Below, piece by piece: positions 16,968 to 26,693 of a stretch of DNA of 64,000 bases. The stretch comes from Coprobacillus sp. CAG:698. Lineage in GTDB: Bacteria; Bacteroidota; Bacteroidia; Bacteroidales; Bacteroidaceae. Numbering within the stretch: the stretch's first letter is position 1; every line of letters starts with the position of its first letter. The translations under genes were made by a program, and so were the position numbers. The notes under the pieces are model-generated. The model was given only the letters and a program-made list of their open reading frames with translations. It did no database searches and was not told where the DNA came from. The DNA lies in NCBI GenBank assembly GCA_963599995.1, contig CAVCAX010000060.1, positions 37,372-101,371 of the forward strand. Reading direction: 5' to 3'.

Positions 16968-18263
16968 ATGGAACAATTATATAACTATCTGCCGCGTGAA
17001 TTGGTTACCTTCATTTTGGTGACTTTATTTTCTCTTCTTATCGGTTTGTCACAGCGTAGAATCAGCTTGAAACGAGAAGGAGAAACGACCCTTTTCGGTA
17101 CAGACCGCACTTTTACTTTTATCGGTATATTGGGATATCTGCTTTATATCCTTGATAAAACGGACATGCGTCTGTTTATGGGTGGCGGTTTGATATTGGG
17201 GATATTGCTCGGGTTGAACTATTACGTCAAGCAGTCTCAATTTCATGTTTTTGGGATTACTACCATTATTATAGCCCTGATAACTTACTGCATTGCTCCC
17301 ATTGTGGATACGCAACCCTCGTGGTTTTACGTGATGGTAATTGTGACTGTGCTGCTGTTGACGGAATTGAAACATACGTTTACCGAATTTGCCCAGCGGA
17401 TGAAGAACGACGAGATGATAACCCTTGCCAAATTCTTGGCTATCAGTGGAATCATCTTGCCGATGTTGCCCGATAAGAACATTATTCCGGATATCAACCT
17501 GACGCCCTATTCCATTTGGCTGGCTACGGTGGTGGTTTCCGGCATTTCGTATCTGTCTTATCTTTTGAAACGTTATGTGTTCCGTGAGTCGGGAGTATTG
17601 GTGTCCGGCATTATCGGTGGATTGTACAGCAGTACGGCCACCATCTCCGTCTTGGCGCGTAAAAGTCGGCATGTACGTTCCGAGCAGGCTACCGAGTATG
17701 TGGCTGCCATGCTGTTGGCTGTAAGTATGATGTTCCTGCGGTTCATGATACTCATTTTTATATTTAGCCGTGAGATATTTGCAGGTATTTATCCTTATCT
17801 GCTTGCGATGGCTTTGGTAGCTGCCGCTATTGCTTGGTTTATTCATTCCCGACGGAAGAAAACAGACGGTGCCGAAAGTCCGGATGAGGAAGAGGACAGC
17901 AACAACCCGTTGGAATTCAAGGTCGCTTTGATCTTTGCGGGATTGTTTGTCGTGTTTACGGTACTGACTCACTATACGTTAATTTACGCCGGTACGGGAG
18001 GATTAAATCTTTTATCATACATATCCGGTTTTAGTGATATTACTCCTTTTATCTTGAATTTACTGCAAAATACGGGCAATGTAGCTGTGCAAGTCGTTAT
18101 GGCTTGCAGTATGCAGGCTATCGTGAGCAATATCCTGGTGAACATGTGTTACGCCCTGTTCTTTTCCGGGAAGGAGAGCAAGTTGCGCCCGTGGATTTTA
18201 GGTGGGTTCGGGGGTGTCGTGGCTGTAAATACAGTACTGCTATTGGTCTTCTATCTATTGTAA
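16968..18263 (+). CDS. MgtC/SapB family membrane protein with DUF4010 domain
   Basis: LLIGL.Q...GTDRTFTFIG, FGITT, ILPMLPD, SGISYLSY, IGGLYSSTAT, NPLEFKVALIF. Start moved to ATG 16968 because the ORF-track TTG at 16941 lies inside the -7 box TATATTTG (16936-16943). Confidence 0.85.
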   Translation: MEQLYNYLPRELVTFILVTLFSLLIGLSQRRISLKREGETTLFGTDRTFTFIGILGYLLYILDKTDMRLFMGGGLILGILLGLNYYVKQSQFHVFGITTIIIALITYCIAPIVDTQPSWFYVMVIVTVLLLTELKHTFTEFAQRMKNDEMITLAKFLAISGIILPMLPDKNIIPDINLTPYSIWLATVVVSGISYLSYLLKRYVFRESGVLVSGIIGGLYSSTATISVLARKSRHVRSEQATEYVAAMLLAVSMMFLRFMILIFIFSREIFAGIYPYLLAMALVAAAIAWFIHSRRKKTDGAESPDEEEDSNNPLEFKVALIFAGLFVVFTVLTHYTLIYAGTGGLNLLSYISGFSDITPFILNLLQNTGNVAVQVVMACSMQAIVSNILVNMCYALFFSGKESKLRPWILGGFGGVVAVNTVLLLVFYLL

Positions 18264-18402
18264 CTTGTTTTTGTTCGTTTACAGCTTTGTTTTTGTGTGG
18301 GGTTATGTGACCTGTTCAAAATTCATTTTTGTTCTCTTTTTATTTATTCTTAACTCCGAAAGTTTCGTATCGGGAGATAAACGGTTTATTTTTGTCAAGC
18401 TT

Positions 18403-18429
18403 TGTAACAAAATAGGTGATTTTGCGTCT
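18403..18429 (+). promoter_or_regulatory. Putative ECF-sigma promoter (TGTAAC-N16-CGTCT)
   Basis: AAC -35 and CGT -10 elements 16 nt apart, 30 nt upstream of the ATG. No TAnnTTTG seen next to the start. Confidence 0.45.
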
Positions 18430-18459
18430 TATAGGCTATAAAACTTCAACAAAAACAAC

Positions 18460-21003
18460 ATGAAAGACAAACTACTACTATGGGTATTGCTTATTGCATC
18501 TTGTGCAGGTTACGCACAAAACACGACGATTCCTTCTTGTATAGTAAAAGGTGTGCTCGTCGATTCACTTACTCTGGAGGGGGAACCCTATGCTACTATT
18601 AAAATTGTGGAGAAAAAGGATCCGGACACAGCGGTGAAGATGGCCGTAACCGATATGCAGGGAAACTTTAAAGAGAAAATGAGTGCCCGGCCGGGGATGT
18701 ATGTCATTACGATTACTTCGATAGGCAAAAGCACCGTCGTTAAAGATTTTGAGGTGAAACCGGGTGTGAAAGAGGTGGATCTGGGAACGTTGTATACGTC
18801 GGAGGCCACCAATGAATTGGGAGCTGTGGAGATTGTGGCTCAAAAGCCATTGGTAAAGGCAGATATCGATAAAATAGAATATAATGTGCAGGATGATCCG
18901 GATTCTAAAACCAATACTGTACTGGAAATGCTTCGTAAGGTTCCTCTGGTGACGGTGGACGGAGAAGACAATATTAAGGTAAACGGCAGCAGTAGCTTTA
19001 AGATTCATGTGAACGGTAAACCGGACAATATGATGAGCGATAACCCGGTGGACGTTCTTAAAAGTATGCCAGCCAATACAATCAAGCATATCGAGGTGAT
19101 AACCAATCCCGGCGCGAAATACGATGCGGAGGGAGTTGGTGGAATTCTTAATATTGTGACCGTGGACGGTAGCGGCTTTAAAGGCTATACGGCCACCTTT
19201 ACGGGAAGTGGCAGTAACACCGGTGGTGGAGGTAGTTTGTACACTACTATCAAGAAAGATAAACTGACGCTGTCTGCACGCTATAACTATAATGCGAATA
19301 ACTCTCCACGGAGCTATGCCGGTTCCATACAGCACCAGAAGCAAACGGTATCCGATGGAAGACAGGAAGAGACTGTGATTCAGTCTGAAAGTTCCAACAA
19401 GTCGAAGAATCATTTCCAAAGTGGTAATCTGGAAGCCAGCTATGAAATAGATACCTTACGTCTGATTACGATGGGCTTTGGTATGTATGGCGGAGGCGAT
19501 GATGGAACAGGACACGGCGAGACGGTGATGATGAATGCCGATCCGTTTTTTTCAGGAGTGCCCTACTACACTTATGAAAGTGACAATGAGAGCGACGGCT
19601 CATGGTATTCCGTTCGCGGCAATATCGATTATCAGCGTACTTCCCGCAAACTTAAAGAGCGCATGTTTACCCTTTCTTATAAGATAAATGCAAGACCGAG
19701 TACTTCCAACTCATGGTATGGGTATACACTGGGGCATGTAGAGCCGGGTTGGGAGGATTATGTGAACAAAACACTTGCCGGGCAACGCTCTGATGGAAAA
19801 CAGAACAGTTCGGAACATACTTTCCAAGCCGATTATACGACTCCCATTGCTAAAATCCATACGATTGAGACAGGGGTGAAGTATATCATCCGCAATAATC
19901 ATAGCGATAACAACCGCTATGATAAGGATGGCATTTACGATGAGGACAGAAGCAGCCATTATAAACATCTGAATGATATTTTAGCGGCGTATGCCAGTTA
20001 TGGCATTAATGTGAATAAGGTCTCGGGCCGGGCCGGCGTACGTTATGAAAGAACGATGCAGGATGTGAAATATACGGAAAAGCCGGAACAGAGTTTTAAT
20101 GCGAACTTCAATGACTGGGTGCCTTCTGCCAGCCTGGGTTACAAGATTACGGATATGTCGAACATCCGCTTGGGGTATAACATGCGTATCTGGCGTCCCA
20201 GTATCTGGTATCTGAATCCCTATTTGAATGATTCGAATCCGGCTCATATCACTCAAGGAAACGCCTCGTTGGAGAGTGAAAAAAGCCATGCCTTTAATCT
20301 GAGTTATAGCAACTTTACGCAGAGTTTTAATATAAACATGTCTTTGAACTACTCGTTCAATAATAATGGCATCGAGCGGGTGACCGATCTGATGAATGAT
20401 AGAGACATTCCCGGCTTGAGCAGTTATACGGGCAAAGAGGTACTTTATTCTACTTACCGGAACATCGGTAAAAGCAGCCATTTGGGACTGAGTGGCTATG
20501 TCAACTGGAACGCTTCTCCGAAAACCCGTGTGTACCTTAATCTTTGGGGAGATTATTCACGTCTGAAAAGCCCGTCTCAGAATCTGGAAAACAGCGGGTG
20601 GAATGTATTTGCTTATGGGGGTGTGCAACAGACATTGCCGTTGGATATCCGCCTTAGCGTGAATCTGATGGGTAGCACTCCGTATATTTCTCTGCAAGGC
20701 AAGGGGAGCAGTTTCTATGACTACAGCGTGAGTGTCAACCGCTCTTTCCTGAAAGAAAAACGGCTGACAGTGAGTGCTTTTGCCGGTAACTTCTTCAAGA
20801 AATACATGAAATATAAGAATACACTGTCCGGGGACGACTTTTGGCAGGAAAGCACTTCGCGCTATTCGCGCCAGCGTTTCGGGGTTAGCGTGAGCTATCG
20901 GATCGGTGAGCTGACAGCCAGCGTGAAGAAAGCTGCCCGTTCTATTGAGAACGATGACGTGAAGGGTGGCGAAGGCAGCGGAGGCCAGGGAGGATCGAAT
21001 TAA
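18460..21003 (+). CDS. TonB-dependent receptor-like outer-membrane beta-barrel protein
   Basis: Signal peptide, carboxypeptidase-regulatory-like N-domain, plug LRKVPLVTVD...IEVITNPGAKYDAEGVGGILNI, barrel motif RIWRPSIWYLNP...GN..L..E. Confidence 0.88.
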   Translation: MKDKLLLWVLLIASCAGYAQNTTIPSCIVKGVLVDSLTLEGEPYATIKIVEKKDPDTAVKMAVTDMQGNFKEKMSARPGMYVITITSIGKSTVVKDFEVKPGVKEVDLGTLYTSEATNELGAVEIVAQKPLVKADIDKIEYNVQDDPDSKTNTVLEMLRKVPLVTVDGEDNIKVNGSSSFKIHVNGKPDNMMSDNPVDVLKSMPANTIKHIEVITNPGAKYDAEGVGGILNIVTVDGSGFKGYTATFTGSGSNTGGGGSLYTTIKKDKLTLSARYNYNANNSPRSYAGSIQHQKQTVSDGRQEETVIQSESSNKSKNHFQSGNLEASYEIDTLRLITMGFGMYGGGDDGTGHGETVMMNADPFFSGVPYYTYESDNESDGSWYSVRGNIDYQRTSRKLKERMFTLSYKINARPSTSNSWYGYTLGHVEPGWEDYVNKTLAGQRSDGKQNSSEHTFQADYTTPIAKIHTIETGVKYIIRNNHSDNNRYDKDGIYDEDRSSHYKHLNDILAAYASYGINVNKVSGRAGVRYERTMQDVKYTEKPEQSFNANFNDWVPSASLGYKITDMSNIRLGYNMRIWRPSIWYLNPYLNDSNPAHITQGNASLESEKSHAFNLSYSNFTQSFNINMSLNYSFNNNGIERVTDLMNDRDIPGLSSYTGKEVLYSTYRNIGKSSHLGLSGYVNWNASPKTRVYLNLWGDYSRLKSPSQNLENSGWNVFAYGGVQQTLPLDIRLSVNLMGSTPYISLQGKGSSFYDYSVSVNRSFLKEKRLTVSAFAGNFFKKYMKYKNTLSGDDFWQESTSRYSRQRFGVSVSYRIGELTASVKKAARSIENDDVKGGEGSGGQGGSN

Positions 21004-21091
21004 AGAGCCTCCCCTTGTGACAACCTGTCGTTTTTAATCTGTCAAGCAATATTGGCATCTTTACCAAGTAGCTTGATTGCACCCTCTTCAT

Positions 21092-24000
21092 TTATTTATT
21101 AAATCCCAACTTCTTCAGTCCGTTCTGTACATCCGGATGGCTCATGAAGAGTTTCCATAACAGTCCTGTCCGGTAGTTCTCGATCATTACGGCTATGGGG
21201 CCTTGGTCGATGGCGAGATAACGTTGCGGATACCAGTTGTCTGTTTCGCTGAAGGCATCATAAAAGCCGTAGGGCCCGAACAGCTTATCTCCCATATCAT
21301 AAAGATGTCTCATCACTTCGAGGGAGTACTCCGGCGTATAGACGATGGACGATAAAGCTGCAGTGGGAGTGATTACTCCTGCATCCTCTTTCTCATTGGG
21401 TGCATGTGCGGCGTAGCCGTTTACGGAATAGCTGGCGGTCAATCCCCAACAGTCCGGACCGAAGCCCTTGTAGTGTTTCGGATTACGGATGCAGTAGGCG
21501 CGGTTGACTAACGTCAGGTTACGCATCTCATTGAAATAACTCGGGCAATATTCATCTTGCAGTCCTACGGGATCCAATCCCAAGAATGAATATTGCGCCC
21601 AGAAGAGCGGACCGGCTTCGCCGCCTTGATAACGGAGATGAAGTTCGATACCCTCCACTTTATGCGGGGATACAATGGCGCCGTTCTGTGCCCAGCCCTC
21701 ATGATATACAGCGGCAGGTACACCGTGTGTAGGCGATGCTGCGGCAAGTATATACATGATGAGGCACTCATTGTACCCATGAATCGGGAAGTCCATCTCC
21801 CAACCGTATTCGGGGCTCCAATGCCAGTAGAGTACATTTTGCCCTCCTTTGCGGTACCAGTTCCAATCCACCTCACGCCACAGTTTGTCTATTCTTTGTG
21901 CCAGCGCTTTCTCTTGCGGAGTGCCCTCAATATAATACTGATGTACGGCAAGCAGTCCTTGCATGAGAAAAGCCGTCTCTACAAGATCACCGCCATTGTC
22001 TTTCTGACCGAAAGGCTTTACTTTTCCGGTCTCGCCATACCACCAATGTGGATAGGCGCCTTTGAAGCGGTCGGCCCGTTCGAGAAAGGAGACTATCTTT
22101 TCCATGCGTGCCAGTCCGTCGGTACGGGAAACATATCCCCGGTCGATACCTGCCAGGATGGCCATGATGCCAAAACCACTACCACCCGAAGTGACAACAT
22201 CCGGTCCGCCGGCAGGATAGTTACCGTCTATATGAATGCGTTCCGGAGCAAGCCCGCTATTAGGCTCCGCACCATCCCAGAAATACAGGAAGGTTCTTCT
22301 TTCTACCGTATCCATCAGAGCATCTTGGTGGGAAGAGTCGGGGAGAGGCACCACCTTAAACCCCACCGTCTTCACATCCCGGCTATTCGGCCCTATCATA
22401 AGCTGGAAATCTCCCGGTTCTATGACATTTTGCAGGTCATAGTTGTAGAACTTCAGCATTTCGGGGGCTATTTTGAAGGTGACGGTACGTGTCTGTCCGG
22501 GTTGGAGATAGATCCTTTCGAATCCTTTCAGCTCTTTTACCGGCCGGGTGGTACTGCCTACAAGATCGCGGATATACAGCTGCACCACTTCTCCGCCGGG
22601 CAACAGTCCGGTATTGCTGACATCGATGGAGGCCGTGATCATACCTTGCATATCCATGCTCGGCTGGCTCAGGGAGATGTCGCTGTAAGCGAAAGTAGTG
22701 TAGGAGAGTCCGAAGCCGAACGGATAGAGCGGTTCGTTGGTGACATCCAGATAGTTGCTGCGGAACTTTTCGAACCATTTGCCGTCGTGTAACGGGCGTC
22801 CGGTATTCTTGTGTGCATAATACAATGGTATCTGCCCTACGTTTTGCGGAAAGCTCATGGTCAGTTTTCCGCTCGGATTGACACGGCCGAACAGTACGTC
22901 ACCAATGGCATAAGCCGCTTCGCTTCCACCAAACCATACATTGAGAATGGCCGGGACATGCTCCTGCTCCCAGTTCAGTATCAACGGGCGACCGGTAAAA
23001 AGCACTAAGACCACCGGTTTGCCTGTGGCTACCAATGCTTTCAATAGTGTCTGTTGCACATCGGGCAGGTGGAGATCTGTGCGGCTGCTGCTCTCTCCGC
23101 TCATTTCGGAGGATTCTCCAAGAGCGGCAATGATGACATCGGCTTTATTGGCGGTGTCCAGCGCTTCTTTCAATAGTTCGGCATCGGTACGATTGTCCCG
23201 GTTTAAGGAACGGCCGAACAGAGTGGCACGCTCTTCGTAAGCAGCATCGCTTATCAGGTTGCTTCCTTTGGCATATAGCAGGTTGATATTTGCACCGTTT
23301 TCCATCAGAGGAACGTACCAAGGTTCATTGGGTTGGTTGAGGGGCATTTCATCCATACGGCCCACCATTTCACGAAGTCCTTCAATAAGCGAGGGCGAAC
23401 GGTCCAGTACGGCTGCCACGCTCCAAGTACCCGGCATGTTGGTCCGGGTGTCTGCCAACGGGCCGATTACGGCAATAGTACCGGTTGGCTTCAACGGCAA
23501 GGTCTGGTTGTCGTTTTTCAGCAAGACAAAACTCTCGGAAGCGATACGGCGGGCGGCATCCCGGTGAGCACGCGTGAAGATGTCGCGTGCCGGACGTTTC
23601 GGGTCACAATATTTATAAGGGTCATCGAATAGTCCCAATTTGTATTTCGCTACCAGAATACGGCGGCAGGCGGTATTCAGAGTCGTCATGGACACCTTAC
23701 CCTCTTGAATGGATTTCTTCAGAGTGCCTACAAATCCGTCACTGACCATATCCATGTCCACGCCCGCGTTGATGGCGCGGGCAGAGACAGTCTGTAAATC
23801 GCCGATGCCGTGATCGGTCATTTCGGAAATTCCGGTATAGTCCGTGACGACGAAGCCGTTGAACCCCCATTGCCCGCGCAACACATCACTCATCAACCAT
23901 TTGTTGGCAGTGGCAGGCACGCCGTCCACTTCGTTGAATGAAGCCATTACGCTGCCTACTCCTGCTTCGACGGCAGCTTCGAAAGGCGGAAAATACTCAT

Positions 24001-24715
24001 TGTACATTCGCTGACGGCTCATGTCTACGGTGTTGTAATCACGTCCGCCTTCGGCAGCACCGTAGAGGGCGAAATGCTTTACACAAGCCATAATTTCATC
24101 GTTCCGTTTCAACTGGTCCGCGAGTTTTTCTCCCTGATAACCCTGTATCATGGCTCGGGCGATAAGTGACCCTAAGAACGGATCTTCTCCAGATCCTTCG
24201 GAGACACGTCCCCAACGTGGGTCGCGGCAGATGTCCACCATCGGGCTGAAAGTCCAGGAAATGCCGTCTGCACTGGCCTCGACCGCTGCGATACGGGCCG
24301 ATTCTTCAATGGCTTTCATATCCCACGTACACGATAATCCCAATGGAATGGGGAAAATCGTTTCATATCCGTGGATAACATCCATGCCGAATAATAAAGG
24401 TATGCCGAGACGGGAGTTCTCTACTGCCAACTTTTGTACATCCCGGATTTTTTCCACTCCTTTTAAGTTGAAGAGTCCACCCACTTCACCGCGTTTGATT
24501 TTTCCGGCGATGTCACTGCTCTTTGCCTGTCCGGTGGTGATGTCTCCGGTAACAGGAAGATTGAGCTGCCCGATCTTTTCGTCTACCGTCATCCGTTTCA
24601 TCAAGGCGTCGATGAAACGATTCATATCCTGTGGCGATTTTTGTGCTTGCATGTCACTGACACCTATACATGTTGCTGCAAGCAGAATACTGAAAGTTTT
24701 TATAAATCTGTTCAT
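21092..24715 (-). CDS. Fused GH3 beta-glucosidase (BglX-like) and GH144 (beta-1,2-glucanase / glucoamylase-like) protein
   Basis: N-terminal ~790 aa: MTVDEKIGQL, DVIHG, RDPRWGR, GEDP, CVKHF, VVTDY, SGESSSR, Fn3-like EVVQLYIRD. C-terminal ~410 aa: TFLYFWDGAEPNSGLAPER, GGSGFG, DNGGDLVET, LYWHWSP, GYNE, GPLFWAQYS, YLAIDQGP. Confidence 0.9.
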   Translation of the reverse strand: MNRFIKTFSILLAATCIGVSDMQAQKSPQDMNRFIDALMKRMTVDEKIGQLNLPVTGDITTGQAKSSDIAGKIKRGEVGGLFNLKGVEKIRDVQKLAVENSRLGIPLLFGMDVIHGYETIFPIPLGLSCTWDMKAIEESARIAAVEASADGISWTFSPMVDICRDPRWGRVSEGSGEDPFLGSLIARAMIQGYQGEKLADQLKRNDEIMACVKHFALYGAAEGGRDYNTVDMSRQRMYNEYFPPFEAAVEAGVGSVMASFNEVDGVPATANKWLMSDVLRGQWGFNGFVVTDYTGISEMTDHGIGDLQTVSARAINAGVDMDMVSDGFVGTLKKSIQEGKVSMTTLNTACRRILVAKYKLGLFDDPYKYCDPKRPARDIFTRAHRDAARRIASESFVLLKNDNQTLPLKPTGTIAVIGPLADTRTNMPGTWSVAAVLDRSPSLIEGLREMVGRMDEMPLNQPNEPWYVPLMENGANINLLYAKGSNLISDAAYEERATLFGRSLNRDNRTDAELLKEALDTANKADVIIAALGESSEMSGESSSRTDLHLPDVQQTLLKALVATGKPVVLVLFTGRPLILNWEQEHVPAILNVWFGGSEAAYAIGDVLFGRVNPSGKLTMSFPQNVGQIPLYYAHKNTGRPLHDGKWFEKFRSNYLDVTNEPLYPFGFGLSYTTFAYSDISLSQPSMDMQGMITASIDVSNTGLLPGGEVVQLYIRDLVGSTTRPVKELKGFERIYLQPGQTRTVTFKIAPEMLKFYNYDLQNVIEPGDFQLMIGPNSRDVKTVGFKVVPLPDSSHQDALMDTVERRTFLYFWDGAEPNSGLAPERIHIDGNYPAGGPDVVTSGGSGFGIMAILAGIDRGYVSRTDGLARMEKIVSFLERADRFKGAYPHWWYGETGKVKPFGQKDNGGDLVETAFLMQGLLAVHQYYIEGTPQEKALAQRIDKLWREVDWNWYRKGGQNVLYWHWSPEYGWEMDFPIHGYNECLIMYILAAASPTHGVPAAVYHEGWAQNGAIVSPHKVEGIELHLRYQGGEAGPLFWAQYSFLGLDPVGLQDEYCPSYFNEMRNLTLVNRAYCIRNPKHYKGFGPDCWGLTASYSVNGYAAHAPNEKEDAGVITPTAALSSIVYTPEYSLEVMRHLYDMGDKLFGPYGFYDAFSETDNWYPQRYLAIDQGPIAVMIENYRTGLLWKLFMSHPDVQNGLKKLGFNK

Positions 24716-24730
24716 GGTTAATAATTCTCC

Positions 24731-24874
24731 AATGTGCCAATATGCCGATTCTCATTCGGCATGGTAGTTTAAAAATGTAATTCACGAATTGAATAATTTA
24801 CTAATGAGCCGTTATGCTTATCGCCATCCGGCATGATTGCGCAGCCGATTGGTACATTGGCATATTGGCACATT
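24731..24874. repeat. 19-bp inverted repeat built from 9-nt units between susD and the GH3-GH144 gene
   Basis: AATGTGCCAATATGCCGAT (24731-24749) vs ATTGGCATATTGGCACATT (24856-24874), 18/19 complementary; right arm belongs to a TGGCACATT-like tandem run. Confidence 0.7.
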
Positions 24875-24883
24875 AGCACATTA

Positions 24884-26413
24884 TCAATAATCCGGATTCT
24901 GCACCAATACCCCTTTCGATTTATCTATCTCCGTTTGTGGAAGGGGTAGAAGGGCATTCTTGGGCTGGTAATTTGTTTTTCCGGCTTTATGCAATACCTC
25001 TTCGGCAATGCCCCACCGCACCAGGTCGTAGAAGCGGTCGAACTCCATTCCTAATTCCACACGGCGTTCGTGGCGGATGGCATCGCGGAGTACTGTTTGA
25101 TCCAGTGATTCTATTTTGGGCAGGACGTCCGGATGATTACCTCTTGCACGGGCCCTTACCATTTCAAGGTCAGCGTTGGCTTCTCCGGTCTTTCCGAGTT
25201 CATTGGCGGCTTCGGCAGCCATCAGCACTACATCGGCATAACGGATGAGGCGGATGTTCACCCAAAAACCTTTGTTGGTGTATTCACGGCGTAGGGCAGG
25301 GTCAGTGTAGGCTTTTTTGTTGAAAGCCCGCCCCATGGCTTGCGATACGGGCGATTCGTTATACGGGGTATTGGTGTTCTCGGGAGTGATCGGGTCTGTC
25401 TCGTTTTTGCGGAAGTAAAGAAGGGTGGCGTCCCGGCGCGGGTCTCCCGGTTCGTAGGCATCGTATAATTCCTGGGTTGCCATATTCCATCCCCAGCCCA
25501 AGTCCCATTGGTTGGCACCGCGCACTCCTTGTACTTCGCAGAATTGGCTGCCTATGACATCACTGGCCGGTAAAGCAGCCGTGGCTGTACATTGCAGTTC
25601 GAAAATCGAACCGCCACTGTTTTCTCCTTCGTCCGTAAATATTTTATCGTACGGTGTGTTCAGATTGTAAAGGCCGGATGCCATTACATCATTGGAGGCG
25701 ACATAGAGACTGTCCCAGTTGTTACGCATCATAAACGTACGTGCATGGAGCGAACGGGCAGCTCCCCAGGTGAGGCGTCCTAAAAAATCGGCAGTCCACT
25801 GTTCGGGCAGTAAGGCTTCGGCACCGGCCAGGTCCTTGTCGATTTGCTCATACAGCTTTTGGGCTGTCGTTTTCGGAACATTGGCTTCTGATGAATCGTT
25901 TACTTTGAACGTGATCAGGGGCACTTCACCAAAGGCGCGTACCAGGTTGAAGTAACAGTATGCACGGAAAAACAGGGCTTCTCCGCGGTTCCGGAGGTCT
26001 TCTTCGGTCAGCTTTCCGGCAACTTCCGCTTCACTTATCGATTCGAGTATGTCGTTACACTGAAAGATAATGGCGTAATTCTGATTCCAGTAAGCCCCGA
26101 GCTGTCCGTTGGTAGCCGTATACTTGAAGTCGTCATACATTTCAGCCACCTCCGATCCGTCACTGCTCGTACTGCCTTTCTCGGCGTCCTCGCTACGGAA
26201 ACTGTGAATGGCAAACGCGGGAGTCCCTGTCGTAATATCAAATTTACGCATCATTGTGTAGACGTTGTAAATCTTACCGTTTACCAAGGCATTCGGAGCG
26301 TCATCTTCCGTGAATTGTCCCTGCGGGCTGCGATCCAGGAAATCATTGCAACTTGTCACCATCATTGCTCCGATAGTCAGTGACAAGGGGAGTATATACT
26401 TATATAGTTTCAT
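24884..26413 (-). CDS. RagB/SusD family lipoprotein
   Basis: Lipobox VTSC-NDFLD, GEALFFRAYCYFNLVRAFGEVPL, IRYADVVLMAAEA, ERRVELGMEFDRFYDLVRWG, C-terminal QNPDY. Confidence 0.96.
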   Translation of the reverse strand: MKLYKYILPLSLTIGAMMVTSCNDFLDRSPQGQFTEDDAPNALVNGKIYNVYTMMRKFDITTGTPAFAIHSFRSEDAEKGSTSSDGSEVAEMYDDFKYTATNGQLGAYWNQNYAIIFQCNDILESISEAEVAGKLTEEDLRNRGEALFFRAYCYFNLVRAFGEVPLITFKVNDSSEANVPKTTAQKLYEQIDKDLAGAEALLPEQWTADFLGRLTWGAARSLHARTFMMRNNWDSLYVASNDVMASGLYNLNTPYDKIFTDEGENSGGSIFELQCTATAALPASDVIGSQFCEVQGVRGANQWDLGWGWNMATQELYDAYEPGDPRRDATLLYFRKNETDPITPENTNTPYNESPVSQAMGRAFNKKAYTDPALRREYTNKGFWVNIRLIRYADVVLMAAEAANELGKTGEANADLEMVRARARGNHPDVLPKIESLDQTVLRDAIRHERRVELGMEFDRFYDLVRWGIAEEVLHKAGKTNYQPKNALLPLPQTEIDKSKGVLVQNPDY

Positions 26414-26521
26414 ATCAAAATATTTAGTTTATTAATTATCCCTTTTTCTTCTCTCTCTTTTTTTTCTTCATCTTCTTACTTACACTTCCCTCTACACACT
26501 CTCACTTCTCTTTTTTGTGTT

Positions 26522-26693
26522 AAGTTGATTCTGGACGTGTAAGCCGCCGGTGCGGGATGGCTGTTGTTGTCCACTCCGAGGCGATGGTCGAATCACTTCT
26601 TCTGTTTAGAAAGTCAAGTTGATTCCGAATGTGTAAACTGCCGGTACGGGATAACTGCCGTTGTCCACTCCGAAGGCGATGGCCGAACCACCT
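26522..26693. repeat. Degenerate direct duplication of the last ~78 coding bp of susC
   Basis: 26522-26598 aligns to 26616-26693 with 13 substitutions and 1 deletion. Confidence 0.9.

Noticed and set aside
26522..26693. Diversity-generating retroelement TR/VR pair at the susC C-terminus
   Set aside because: Differences are mixed A/G and C/T transitions in both directions, not adenine-specific, and no reverse transcriptase is in the window.
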